From Candidatus Hodarchaeota archaeon (GTDB lineage Archaea; Asgardarchaeota; Heimdallarchaeia; Hodarchaeales; Hodarchaeaceae), in contig JAEOTQ010000179.1 in assembly GCA_016839785.1 (NCBI GenBank), forward strand, positions 1 to 23,634: 23,634 bases of DNA, given 5' to 3'. The notes under the pieces were generated by a model. It was not told the DNA's origin, made no database searches, and saw only the letters and a list, made by a program, of their open reading frames with translations. Below, piece by piece: positions 9,162-17,416 of this stretch (its first letter is position 1; each line of letters starts with the position of its first letter). The position numbers were made by a program, and so were the translations under genes.

Positions 9162-10259
9162 TTATTCCTTTAAAGGACTCAATTTTCGTAGTCTAGATAA
9201 ATTTCGTGTTCGGAAAGATTCCCATGGAGTATTCATTATAATTTCCCAATTCAGATAACATGAACATATTTCGGAGAAGTTCTCCGGTAGTTTTTCTCGT
9301 TGTACAGCTTTTTTTATCAATTTGAGTACGATCTTATCACACTTTCCACAATTATGCGCACCTCTCTCTTTACCTGCGGCTGTGGGATCACAAATAATTC
9401 TAGTGTCAGGAGCAATCTCATTAGCGATTTTAACGAGATGAAGAACAGTCCATAACCAAGGAGGTTGATATTCATCTTTTCTAAAAAGCTCGTAAACTAA
9501 AGTTCCATTTTGAATATTGCACGGATTGATTGAGATAATATCTGTGCCCATCTTTTGTGCATCAGATATTGTTTTGATGGCATCTCTCATAGCCTCCTGC
9601 TCATTAAAAAATGGAGGCTTAATAAAAATGTAACTTTTAACTAGAACTTCTTTTGAATGTAAATATTTCAAGCTAGTTTCGTACTCTTCTAGGGTTGTAC
9701 CTTTGTTCCAGCAGTCTTGTAAGATTGCATTGTTAGAGCTTTCCAAACCAATTCCAATTTCCAATTTTATATCTGAAAGTCGTTTGATGGTATTTTCAAT
9801 TGCTTTTTTCCCCTTTAAGATGAAATCAGGCCTACATTCGACTGATAATTTAAAAATTTGTCCAGAACGGTTGATAAGATTTAGTATATCACTCCTTAAT
9901 TGTTCTGGAACATCAGTTTCATCAAAAAAACTCCCCGAATTGAAAATCTGTAATTCCAGTGGTTTGCTATATTCAGCCTCAATTATTAGATTGATTAGCT
10001 CTTCTTTAATCCTTTTGACTGGGATTACATTCTCTCTTGATGAATCGTTGATATAACCACAGACAGAACATCCACCATTTTTCGATAATGCCCAACTACA
10101 TCCTCTAGTAGGGATTACAATAGTTATAGTAAAATAATGCTCATTTTCTGACACACTACTCCATATTTTAGAATGTGAGGTTTCGGCTAATTGAGTAAGG
10201 TAGTTGTGGCGGATTTCCTGAATTCTACCTGAAAGGAGAGGATTCACCTGATTATGCAT
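9162..10259 (-). CDS. raSEA: Archaeosine biosynthesis radical SAM protein RaSEA
   Basis: 'TIVIPTRGCSWALSKNGGCSVCGY' (Cx8Cx2C radical SAM variant), FNSGSFFD, VECRPDF, IGLES, YIFIKPPF, 'YQPPWLW', 'RGAHNCGKCD'. Overlaps arcS by 8 nt. Confidence 0.93.
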   Translation of the reverse strand: MHNQVNPLLSGRIQEIRHNYLTQLAETSHSKIWSSVSENEHYFTITIVIPTRGCSWALSKNGGCSVCGYINDSSRENVIPVKRIKEELINLIIEAEYSKPLELQIFNSGSFFDETDVPEQLRSDILNLINRSGQIFKLSVECRPDFILKGKKAIENTIKRLSDIKLEIGIGLESSNNAILQDCWNKGTTLEEYETSLKYLHSKEVLVKSYIFIKPPFFNEQEAMRDAIKTISDAQKMGTDIISINPCNIQNGTLVYELFRKDEYQPPWLWTVLHLVKIANEIAPDTRIICDPTAAGKERGAHNCGKCDKIVLKLIKKAVQREKLPENFSEICSCYLNWEIIMNTPWESFRTRNLSRLRKLSPLKE

Positions 10260-12258
10260 TTTCTTTCACCTTTTGACGAATTTTTACACCCAAACCCCGG
10301 GGCATGTCGATTAATAACTTTCCTGGAAGATATGCGATTCCTGTTGCTATGATCTCCTCGTGTTCATTAATTATTATTACTTCATCATTTATCCTGATTT
10401 CGTGATCAGCCTGCTTTATGGCATTTGCAAAAATAGTGGTTCCTCGAATACTCTCCCCCTCAAATTTCACAATATTTCTGGTTGATCCAATTATGCGTTT
10501 TGCAGCTTCAATTGATAAGGTTAAAAATCCAGTAGAAGACCGAAAAGTCATCAAATGTTTACCAGCATGTTGAATTCGTATTCCAAGTTCTTTATGTCCA
10601 TGAAGTCTTACACCTTCAGGAATGAGAAGCTTTCCCACACCTTTTCCGAACTGATAATCTGCAACAGTACGTAGAAAATCTAACGTTCTATTTCGTTTTG
10701 AAATTTGATTGATGTTAAGATTGTTCGTAAGAAGTTGTCTAAATTGATAAAGACATTCTTTTGAGGTTAGAGATGATACTTCATTATCTATAATGTGAAC
10801 TACTTTATTCAAATTCCTACAAACATCAGTTAATACTTCTTTTTCTGTTCCTTTAACATATCCTACAAGCTGAACAGATTCTGGACATTTTTTCAAAAAA
10901 TCTTCGAGATCCTGAGCCAGCTGTCTTTTTTCTAGACTACTCCAATCTCCAGTAACTGGTATGTCGTAATGTGCTGCTGGATATGTGTATTCTAAATTTC
11001 TAGGAACCACTCCCAAAGGACTTGTGAGAATTATCTCAGCAACAGAGTGACGTTTACTCTTCAATGTTCTTCGTATAACGCTTCGGAATACCTGATGGGA
11101 TTTCGATTGAGAGTAAGGTTTTTTTGCAGAACATGGTAGGAAAATTATTCCTTGTATATGAGAACCTATTTGATATCTATTTCTCACCCTATCTCGAAAG
11201 CGATTGACTTCTGGCCGGGAAAAATCTGTCTGATCCGTACAATAAAGGGATTCTGATCCATAAATTGCTGTTCCTTGATCTAGAGGAATTTGTTTATCAA
11301 TCATTCTGAGAAGGGTTTTCTGGGGTGGGTATGAATTTGCATAAATACGCACTAAATCTCGCAATTTACCCGATTTAAGGGCAGAATTTATACGTTTTAT
11401 CACAAATTTGTAGTCTTCCACTTTATTCTCCAATTCCAATGCATTACCTCCAGTGTGAAAAGAAGAAAGAAAGGTAAAATCAAATAAATCGATACCCAGA
11501 TAAGATAAAATTGGAAAAAATGAAGAGGGAACTCCAGGCGCATAGAACATGACATCGGGGGTAACTTTATTTCTTATCGATGATATATATGATAGTAGAT
11601 ATTTTGGATGATTAAATGTCGACGATAAATCTCCTAAACAAATAATTCCTGCCTTTAAAGTGGATATTTCTTTGAAAGAGTCCGATTGGCTTGATCTAAA
11701 AGGAATATTAACCATAAACTTGAAATGATTGTCCTTTGAAATTGATAATAGACGATTTACTGTTTTATAATACTTCATTCCATGATCTAGGTAGATATCT
11801 GGTAAATCCCAAGGAATTAAATGAATATATTCGTTTCCTAATATCAAGGATTTGTGTGTCTTAGGGAAAAATTCCTCAATTCTCTTTAGCTTAGCTAGAG
11901 ATTTTCCCTGCATCTGTAGAGATGGATATAAGACACATTTAGGAAATGTGCTCGATTCTTGAGATTGAGGCCGTGAGGATCGTAAAAATTCAAGATTTGA
12001 GTTTTTGAGGATTTTTTTGAAACCAGATGAAGCAGATTCTTCGCTGAATGCTGCTTCGACACGAGTAAAATCATCTTCTTTTCTCATCTGGATATTCAGA
12101 AACGTGGGAGTCTCATGAGATTGTCCCAGAAATACAGTGCCAAGCCTTCCCAAGCCCTCATATTTTTGTATTTCAAACACCAAATCACTCACATCTTGTT
12201 TTGACCAGAATGCTCGTTGTATTACCTCAAGATCCATTAATATTAGTAGACCCCCCAA
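10252..12258 (-). CDS. arcS: Archaeosine synthase ArcS (TgtA2), with DUF5591 and PUA domains
   Basis: TGT-like N-terminus 'EGLGRLG...ETPTF', 'YLGIDLFD', 'FLPCSAKKPYSQSKSHQ', 'TSPLGVVPR.LE..YPAAHYDIPVTGDW', 'ADYQFG', and a C-terminal PUA domain. The start codon is uncertain. Confidence 0.93.
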   Translation of the reverse strand: MGGLLILMDLEVIQRAFWSKQDVSDLVFEIQKYEGLGRLGTVFLGQSHETPTFLNIQMRKEDDFTRVEAAFSEESASSGFKKILKNSNLEFLRSSRPQSQESSTFPKCVLYPSLQMQGKSLAKLKRIEEFFPKTHKSLILGNEYIHLIPWDLPDIYLDHGMKYYKTVNRLLSISKDNHFKFMVNIPFRSSQSDSFKEISTLKAGIICLGDLSSTFNHPKYLLSYISSIRNKVTPDVMFYAPGVPSSFFPILSYLGIDLFDFTFLSSFHTGGNALELENKVEDYKFVIKRINSALKSGKLRDLVRIYANSYPPQKTLLRMIDKQIPLDQGTAIYGSESLYCTDQTDFSRPEVNRFRDRVRNRYQIGSHIQGIIFLPCSAKKPYSQSKSHQVFRSVIRRTLKSKRHSVAEIILTSPLGVVPRNLEYTYPAAHYDIPVTGDWSSLEKRQLAQDLEDFLKKCPESVQLVGYVKGTEKEVLTDVCRNLNKVVHIIDNEVSSLTSKECLYQFRQLLTNNLNINQISKRNRTLDFLRTVADYQFGKGVGKLLIPEGVRLHGHKELGIRIQHAGKHLMTFRSSTGFLTLSIEAAKRIIGSTRNIVKFEGESIRGTTIFANAIKQADHEIRINDEVIIINEHEEIIATGIAYLPGKLLIDMPRGLGVKIRQKVKENA

Positions 12259-12493
12259 TGATAAACAGATAGGATTCCACTAATAATGTTGATTAATTGA
12301 AAATACAAAATTGAAGTCCAATGTACCAGAAAAATTCCCAATCTCATTCTTCATTCTTCTCTGTCTAAAACCGAAATCGTGAATATCATGTAGATATTAT
12401 TCGTATTGAAAGAGGGCATGAGATATTAATAATTGAGGAAATACAGAATCCTTATCCGTATTAATCGTTGTCATTCTTTGAAAATCACACAGA

Positions 12494-13921
12494 TTGAAAG
12501 TGAAATTTGCCTTGAGTTCGTCATTTAGTAATACAACAATGATGGAGTACTTCCGTCCAAGAGGAAAAATCGTTTGCCTCGGAGATAATATGAAACCTGA
12601 ACTCGAGCTTATTAAAAACATTTTAGATATAAACAACGATAAAAGAGTCCCAGTTCTTCTGCTTAGTTCTTCCACTAATCTGAGTGAATATGCTGATCAA
12701 GTTGTAATCTTTGATTCTGATTCAACAATAGCTCAGGTTCATAATCTCTTAAATTCCTCATTTCTATTTTTTTTGTTTAATTCTTCTGAACCTGGAATCC
12801 TTAGAATTCTAGGGACAATTTTAGCCTCAATCGAATATAGAGGCACCATCCCCATTTTCATTGACACTGGTAGAGGTCTTCCTTCAGATCAAAAGAAGAA
12901 TCTTGGCGAGTGTTATTTTCACTTTGATTTAACTGAGAATTTTAATCATAAGGGCTTTATTATATTTTTAGAGAGCTTAATATCTGTCTTATCCCCTACT
13001 TCTGGGCTTGGAATTTCATTTTCGGACTTAATTCAGATTTTTGGTAAATCAAAAAGCTTATTTTACGGAATATCACACTCAAATCGTTTAGAAGAAGTTT
13101 TAGAAGATTTAGTTGATCAAATAGGGGAAAAACTCGTCCAAACATTACCTGAAGAGCTTGAACGGTTAGAAGCGATTTTTATATCCGTGATTTCAGGAAA
13201 ATCAATTAGTTTACAAACTATGAATAAAATAACTGCAAAATTTGCTTCAACATTTGGTAAGGAGTTCAATATCCATTTTTCTAATTCTGTAGAGTCAGAA
13301 CTTGAAGGATACAAAACTCTGGCAATACTTACAGATCTTCACCCCATAAATGAGATTTTTCCAGTTTCAAATCCATTTTTAATGGTAGATTTTGATAATG
13401 AGACCGAGGATACTTCAAATGAATTATCCTTTTCAAATTCTAAAGAGAAACCATTGAAAGAAAATGAGGAGGATATGAGATTTCATATTCTAGGCCAAAT
13501 TTTCTCTGAATCTGAAGTTTATATCTTCGACGATGGTGGACTTCCTCTATTTGCCAGTCACCGTCCCGCTGGACAAGAAGTCTGTCTTTATACAGGATTG
13601 TTCTCTGCAATTCAATCAATGAGTTCGGATTTAATAGGTCATTCTCCAGACCATCTTACCGCGGGTGATAAAGAATGTGTATTTATTTCACATAAAGGTC
13701 CAAATCAAGCTCAATTGAGAGGAGTTGCTATTTGTAAAGGCGGACATGAAGAAACTGCGAGAAATGACCTTAAAGTTTCAATGGACTTAGTTCATCGCGT
13801 AATGCAACAGGGAGAGCCAGAATATGCGATAAATGACAAGATCCAAGGGATTCTTGTTAAAAGTTTTCAGAAGGGAGAGCTAACTAATGGATTTGCCTTA
13901 GCAAAATACCAAGCTAGTTGA
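12494..13921 (+). CDS. Hypothetical protein: degenerate FtsZ/tubulin-fold domain (aa ~24-282), acidic linker, and longin/roadblock-like domain (aa ~338-460)
   Basis: aa 170-282 align by eye with the FtsZ T7 loop and C-terminal domain. The C-terminal 'EVYIFDDGGLPLFA...LYTGLFSAIQSMSSDLIG...LTAGDKECVF' resembles the Asgard longin/roadblock-like pattern. The real start may be ATG 12539 or 12542. Confidence 0.65.
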   Translation: MKVKFALSSSFSNTTMMEYFRPRGKIVCLGDNMKPELELIKNILDINNDKRVPVLLLSSSTNLSEYADQVVIFDSDSTIAQVHNLLNSSFLFFLFNSSEPGILRILGTILASIEYRGTIPIFIDTGRGLPSDQKKNLGECYFHFDLTENFNHKGFIIFLESLISVLSPTSGLGISFSDLIQIFGKSKSLFYGISHSNRLEEVLEDLVDQIGEKLVQTLPEELERLEAIFISVISGKSISLQTMNKITAKFASTFGKEFNIHFSNSVESELEGYKTLAILTDLHPINEIFPVSNPFLMVDFDNETEDTSNELSFSNSKEKPLKENEEDMRFHILGQIFSESEVYIFDDGGLPLFASHRPAGQEVCLYTGLFSAIQSMSSDLIGHSPDHLTAGDKECVFISHKGPNQAQLRGVAICKGGHEETARNDLKVSMDLVHRVMQQGEPEYAINDKIQGILVKSFQKGELTNGFALAKYQAS

Positions 13922-13938
13922 TTCAGGTTATCTAAACA

Positions 13939-14574
13939 TTATTTTGAGATAGGATTAATTGCTTCATTAGCTTGAAATCGTTCATAGATTTTTTCAACAT
14001 AGCCGAACTCTTCAATGAGTTCATGAATTCTAGTTGGTTCAATATAAATTTCAGAAGTCCATAAGATGAGGTATGCAGTGATCATATGTAGCTGAGGTGT
14101 AAATGACTCCTGAATCTCAAAAACAATTTGTTTTCGGAGAGCGAGTTCGATTTCGTACATATCAATTATTTCTCGAATAGTATTTTCTGCTTGATCTATA
14201 ATTTCTAAATCGTGAGGCCATTCATCATTATCTTTACCTGCGCGATTTTTCGCAGGTTGTAGAATGTCACAGCGAAAATTTTCTTCTATTTTTCTCATCT
14301 CTCGAATTATATCGTCAAAATGAGTTAAGAAGGATTTTAGCTCTGTTATATGCCTATTGATAGACTCAGTAAGACGGAATGACAATCTACCCTGTACATC
14401 ATCAAATTTCGTTTTAATTGCTTCAGAGAAGATATCTGACCGTTGGGTCATATGAAATCGTGATAAAATATTAAGTACAATATTAACTGTCCGCAATGAC
14501 TGGCCTTGAACAGTTGTCCATTTCTTTTGAGAGATTTGAAGCCTCTTTTTGAAGACTCGAATACTCTGACTCAT
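13939..14574 (-). CDS. CINP / C1orf109-like all-helical protein
   Basis: N-terminal 'KKWTTVQGQSLRTVNIVLNI' and C-terminal 'WP...IIDMYEIELALRKQIVFEI...ITAYLILWTSEIYIE' match the eukaryotic CINP pattern as I recall it (KW...N; WP...MYxxELxLKxxVxxEL...YLxMWxxQPYVE). Length (211 aa) is also similar. Confidence 0.7.
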   Translation of the reverse strand: MSQSIRVFKKRLQISQKKWTTVQGQSLRTVNIVLNILSRFHMTQRSDIFSEAIKTKFDDVQGRLSFRLTESINRHITELKSFLTHFDDIIREMRKIEENFRCDILQPAKNRAGKDNDEWPHDLEIIDQAENTIREIIDMYEIELALRKQIVFEIQESFTPQLHMITAYLILWTSEIYIEPTRIHELIEEFGYVEKIYERFQANEAINPISK

Positions 14575-14812
14575 AACCAGTCAAATCCTTAATATCTCGA
14601 CTTTTTCACACTGGATGAAAAAAATGGGTTAGAAAAATCAACCTCAGATCAAGAAGTTATACTTATTCCTTTAATATTATACCTAATGATTGAGGCATAA
14701 AATCTTTCCCAAGGTCTTCTTAAAATCAAAAAGTCATTTCCTCCAGTTTTCTTTAACTCATCTGTAAATAATTACAGCTTCATATAAAGTAAATAATAAA
14801 TGTCAAGCTTGC

Positions 14813-16969
14813 ATGTTTTTGTGTGTGAGATGTTTGGCTAAAAAGCACTATGTCCTATTATGGGCACTACTACTGGCATTTTCTTACAGTGTTGACAATT
14901 CAGTTTATATTACTAACAATATAACTGCTTTAACCTTCTCTTCACACTCCAGTAGCGTCGATTTTACAAATTCAACAATTATTCAACTGGGTATCCCTCA
15001 TGAGGGCGTTTTTACAGGCGATAATAGCACTCATTATTGGAAACTTGCGAATGTCAATCAAAGTCAAGTTGTATATCTTTCTGTGTCTCCGTACACTGAT
15101 ATGGATATAGAATTATATCGACCCACTGGAGAAAGTTTTTCCCAGATATTAGAACGCACTGTGAGCTCAACTGATTATCTAGCTGCTTGGGACGCAAATG
15201 AAGATGGTGATTGGATTGTTGCTGTGAATGATACCAGGATTCTCCCGACCCAAAATTTCACCTACTCGATTTTAGCATTTATCCCACCTTTTGGATATAG
15301 TCTAGAATCTGCGATATTAGTCAATGATAGCCCAACTACAGTAAATTTTACTGTTAGTCACGAAAGGCACTATTGGAAAGTGTTACTAGAAGAAAATCAA
15401 GTTGGAACAATTAATATAAAAGAAATAACACCAACTGTGTTACGAGAGTCAAAAATAGAAATTTTTCGTGAACTAAATCCGCAAAACCCAATTCTCATAC
15501 CTTCTGAGATTTTACAGAGTAGTTATAATTATTCATGGAATGCACCAGCTACGGATACTTATTTTGTTGTAATAACTCACAAAGCTGACCAAGGATTCCC
15601 AATCGGTCAGTACAACGCCTCATTTGCTGCAGAAACAGCTGGGTACAATTTTAAGACTGCACTAGAAATCCCTTACAATCAAACTTTTGCCATCAAAGTT
15701 GATCAAATATTCATCCCTGAAAAACGCTACTATTTTAGGTTTAAAGTCAACGTAAGCCGAACGATAGTCAATCTCCGTGTATTCGAAATGAATACAACGA
15801 CTTCTACTATATTGGATTATGCTATTGTCGAAATCTTCGATGAGGGCGTTCAAGAGCCAAGATTAACAAAGCGTGAAGAAGAACAAAAAAGAGATGGTCA
15901 AATCAACATCTCTGAGAGGCTTGATACTGGTATTTATTATTTGCGTGTTTCACCACAATCCAATGCAGTTGGAAGGTTTCAAATATTTCTAGAATATCGT
16001 ATGTCAAAACCTTTTGTTTGGAATTTAGCAGCTATCCTTCTCAACATAGGTTTAATTATTTTATTTCCAGTTTATTTAATTTATCTTGATTCAAAAGGAA
16101 AATGGTATCGAGTCAATCAATGGACGGTTACTACCTCTATCCAAAATGCATTTAAGATTTTTCGAAACAGTTTCAGAGGAATCTACAATATCAAGGAAGT
16201 GCCAAGTGACTCAATCCTAATTCATATAACTAGTGTTCCATTTCGAACTTATGCCTTGTTAAATTTTGTAGAGTCGTCTGAAAATGAAACTTTGGTTTTT
16301 TCAAAGCGAATTAGCCGTAAATACGAGTGGGGGATCTATCTCCTTGTAGGATTATTTGTATTTGATGCAATAAATATCATCGCCTATCTCTTATTTTCAA
16401 TTCAATTTCTACCTCTATATTTCGCCAATCTAACGTCTCTAATACTATTCTTGGCAATCCCAACAATGCTGTTATTATTAGTTGTTTTATTCACCAACGG
16501 ATCCTCCTATATGACTTATAGCCAAGTACATAATAGAATCGCGTATATAATTCAAAATTTTGAAGATTCAGAAGAAAATACAATGTCTTCCATAAATATG
16601 GATCCAGTTCAAGCTGCTAAGAGTATTAACTATGTGAGAGTCTTATGGAATCAAGCGAGGCACGCCTTCAAAAATCATAATTTCGAACTCTTCGTTATCA
16701 AAGCTGATGCAGCGGTCAAAAATCTACTCTCAACCAGATACTTGCAAATATGTCCCATAAATTCCCAAACAAAAGCTGATTTCCAAACTCAAGTGGTAGA
16801 ATTGAGGAAACGTGGATTTGACCTACCTAATGAGAAAAAAATTGCCCATTTCAGAAATCTTAGGAATAGGATAGTACACTCATCAGTAACCCTGGGTGAG
16901 AAAGAATCTGTGGACTGTTTTGCTTACTATTCAACATTCGTTACTCGACTTGGTTTACGTCCTACGTAA
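14813..16969 (+). CDS. Membrane protein: signal peptide, three PPC-like beta-sandwich repeats, three TM helices, C-terminal HEPN domain
   Basis: Hydrophobic N-terminus. Three ~115-aa repeats (HYWKL/HYWKV/RYYFRF; GDWIVAV/DTYFVVI/GIYYLRV) carrying 14 N-x-S/T sequons. TM segments at aa ~401-425, ~506-532 and ~540-562. Helical C-terminus with RNRIVH (aa 684-689). Confidence 0.8.
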   Translation: MFLCVRCLAKKHYVLLWALLLAFSYSVDNSVYITNNITALTFSSHSSSVDFTNSTIIQLGIPHEGVFTGDNSTHYWKLANVNQSQVVYLSVSPYTDMDIELYRPTGESFSQILERTVSSTDYLAAWDANEDGDWIVAVNDTRILPTQNFTYSILAFIPPFGYSLESAILVNDSPTTVNFTVSHERHYWKVLLEENQVGTINIKEITPTVLRESKIEIFRELNPQNPILIPSEILQSSYNYSWNAPATDTYFVVITHKADQGFPIGQYNASFAAETAGYNFKTALEIPYNQTFAIKVDQIFIPEKRYYFRFKVNVSRTIVNLRVFEMNTTTSTILDYAIVEIFDEGVQEPRLTKREEEQKRDGQINISERLDTGIYYLRVSPQSNAVGRFQIFLEYRMSKPFVWNLAAILLNIGLIILFPVYLIYLDSKGKWYRVNQWTVTTSIQNAFKIFRNSFRGIYNIKEVPSDSILIHITSVPFRTYALLNFVESSENETLVFSKRISRKYEWGIYLLVGLFVFDAINIIAYLLFSIQFLPLYFANLTSLILFLAIPTMLLLLVVLFTNGSSYMTYSQVHNRIAYIIQNFEDSEENTMSSINMDPVQAAKSINYVRVLWNQARHAFKNHNFELFVIKADAAVKNLLSTRYLQICPINSQTKADFQTQVVELRKRGFDLPNEKKIAHFRNLRNRIVHSSVTLGEKESVDCFAYYSTFVTRLGLRPT
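14960..15997 (+). repeat. Three tandem protein-level beta-domain repeats (aa ~50-156, ~161-272, ~277-395)
   Basis: Recurring motifs DFTNSTII/GYSLESAILV/GYNFKTALEI, [H/R]Y[W/Y], DIELY/KIEIF/IVEIF, and G/D-x-[W/Y]-x-[V/L]-x-[V/I]. The repeats are diverged at DNA level. Confidence 0.7.
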
Positions 16970-17065
16970 TTTCATCCGTTGTGCTTTTCCTTTTTAATCT
17001 AAAATTTCTTGCATATAACATAAGGTTATTTAAAGGAAAAATAGGCGTATGAAAATTAAGGAAAT

Positions 17066-17359
17066 GTGAAAAATCTGGATGAGTATTCCATGACTAAGAC
17101 TACTCTTGAAGAAGTACAACTTCCAAACTCGTGTAAGAAGGTATACAGTGTAATTCTTGAAGAGGGGCCCGTAAGTTCCAAGGAAATTGTCGCACGTGTC
17201 TCTTGTTCTACTCGTTCTGTGCGATATGCTTTGAAAAGGCTTCTGGATGATGAATACGTTGAAAAACGACCATGTTTGTCAGATATGAGACAAACATTAT
17301 ATTGTGCCAACATAAACAAAATTAAGGGAGAAATGTACTCTTTCAGAAAAGTTCTATGA
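17066..17359 (+). CDS. Small archaeal winged-HTH (MarR/ArsR-like) transcriptional regulator
   Basis: 'LPNSCKKVYSVILEEGPVSSKEIVARVSCSTRSVRYALKRLLDDEYVEKRPCLSDMRQTLY' matches the widespread archaeal LPPSAKLVY...RTVRYAL...DARQ.LY family. The start may be ATG 17090. Confidence 0.88.
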   Translation: MKNLDEYSMTKTTLEEVQLPNSCKKVYSVILEEGPVSSKEIVARVSCSTRSVRYALKRLLDDEYVEKRPCLSDMRQTLYCANINKIKGEMYSFRKVL

Positions 17360-17416
17360 ACCTTTTCTCCAAGCCATACCAGAAATATTCTTTGTATCTG
17401 AGTGGATATTCTTTCT

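Noticed and set aside
12494-13921. Calling this gene a functional ftsZ or tubulin
   Set aside because: It lacks the GGGTG(S/T)G signature and the T7 catalytic residues; only fold-level resemblance is claimed.
16610-16969. Classical HEPN-MNT toxin-antitoxin pair, CRISPR-associated RNase, or true IRE1 orthologue
   Set aside because: No nucleotidyltransferase, cas genes, CARF domain or kinase domain is present; the IRE1 link is architectural analogy only.
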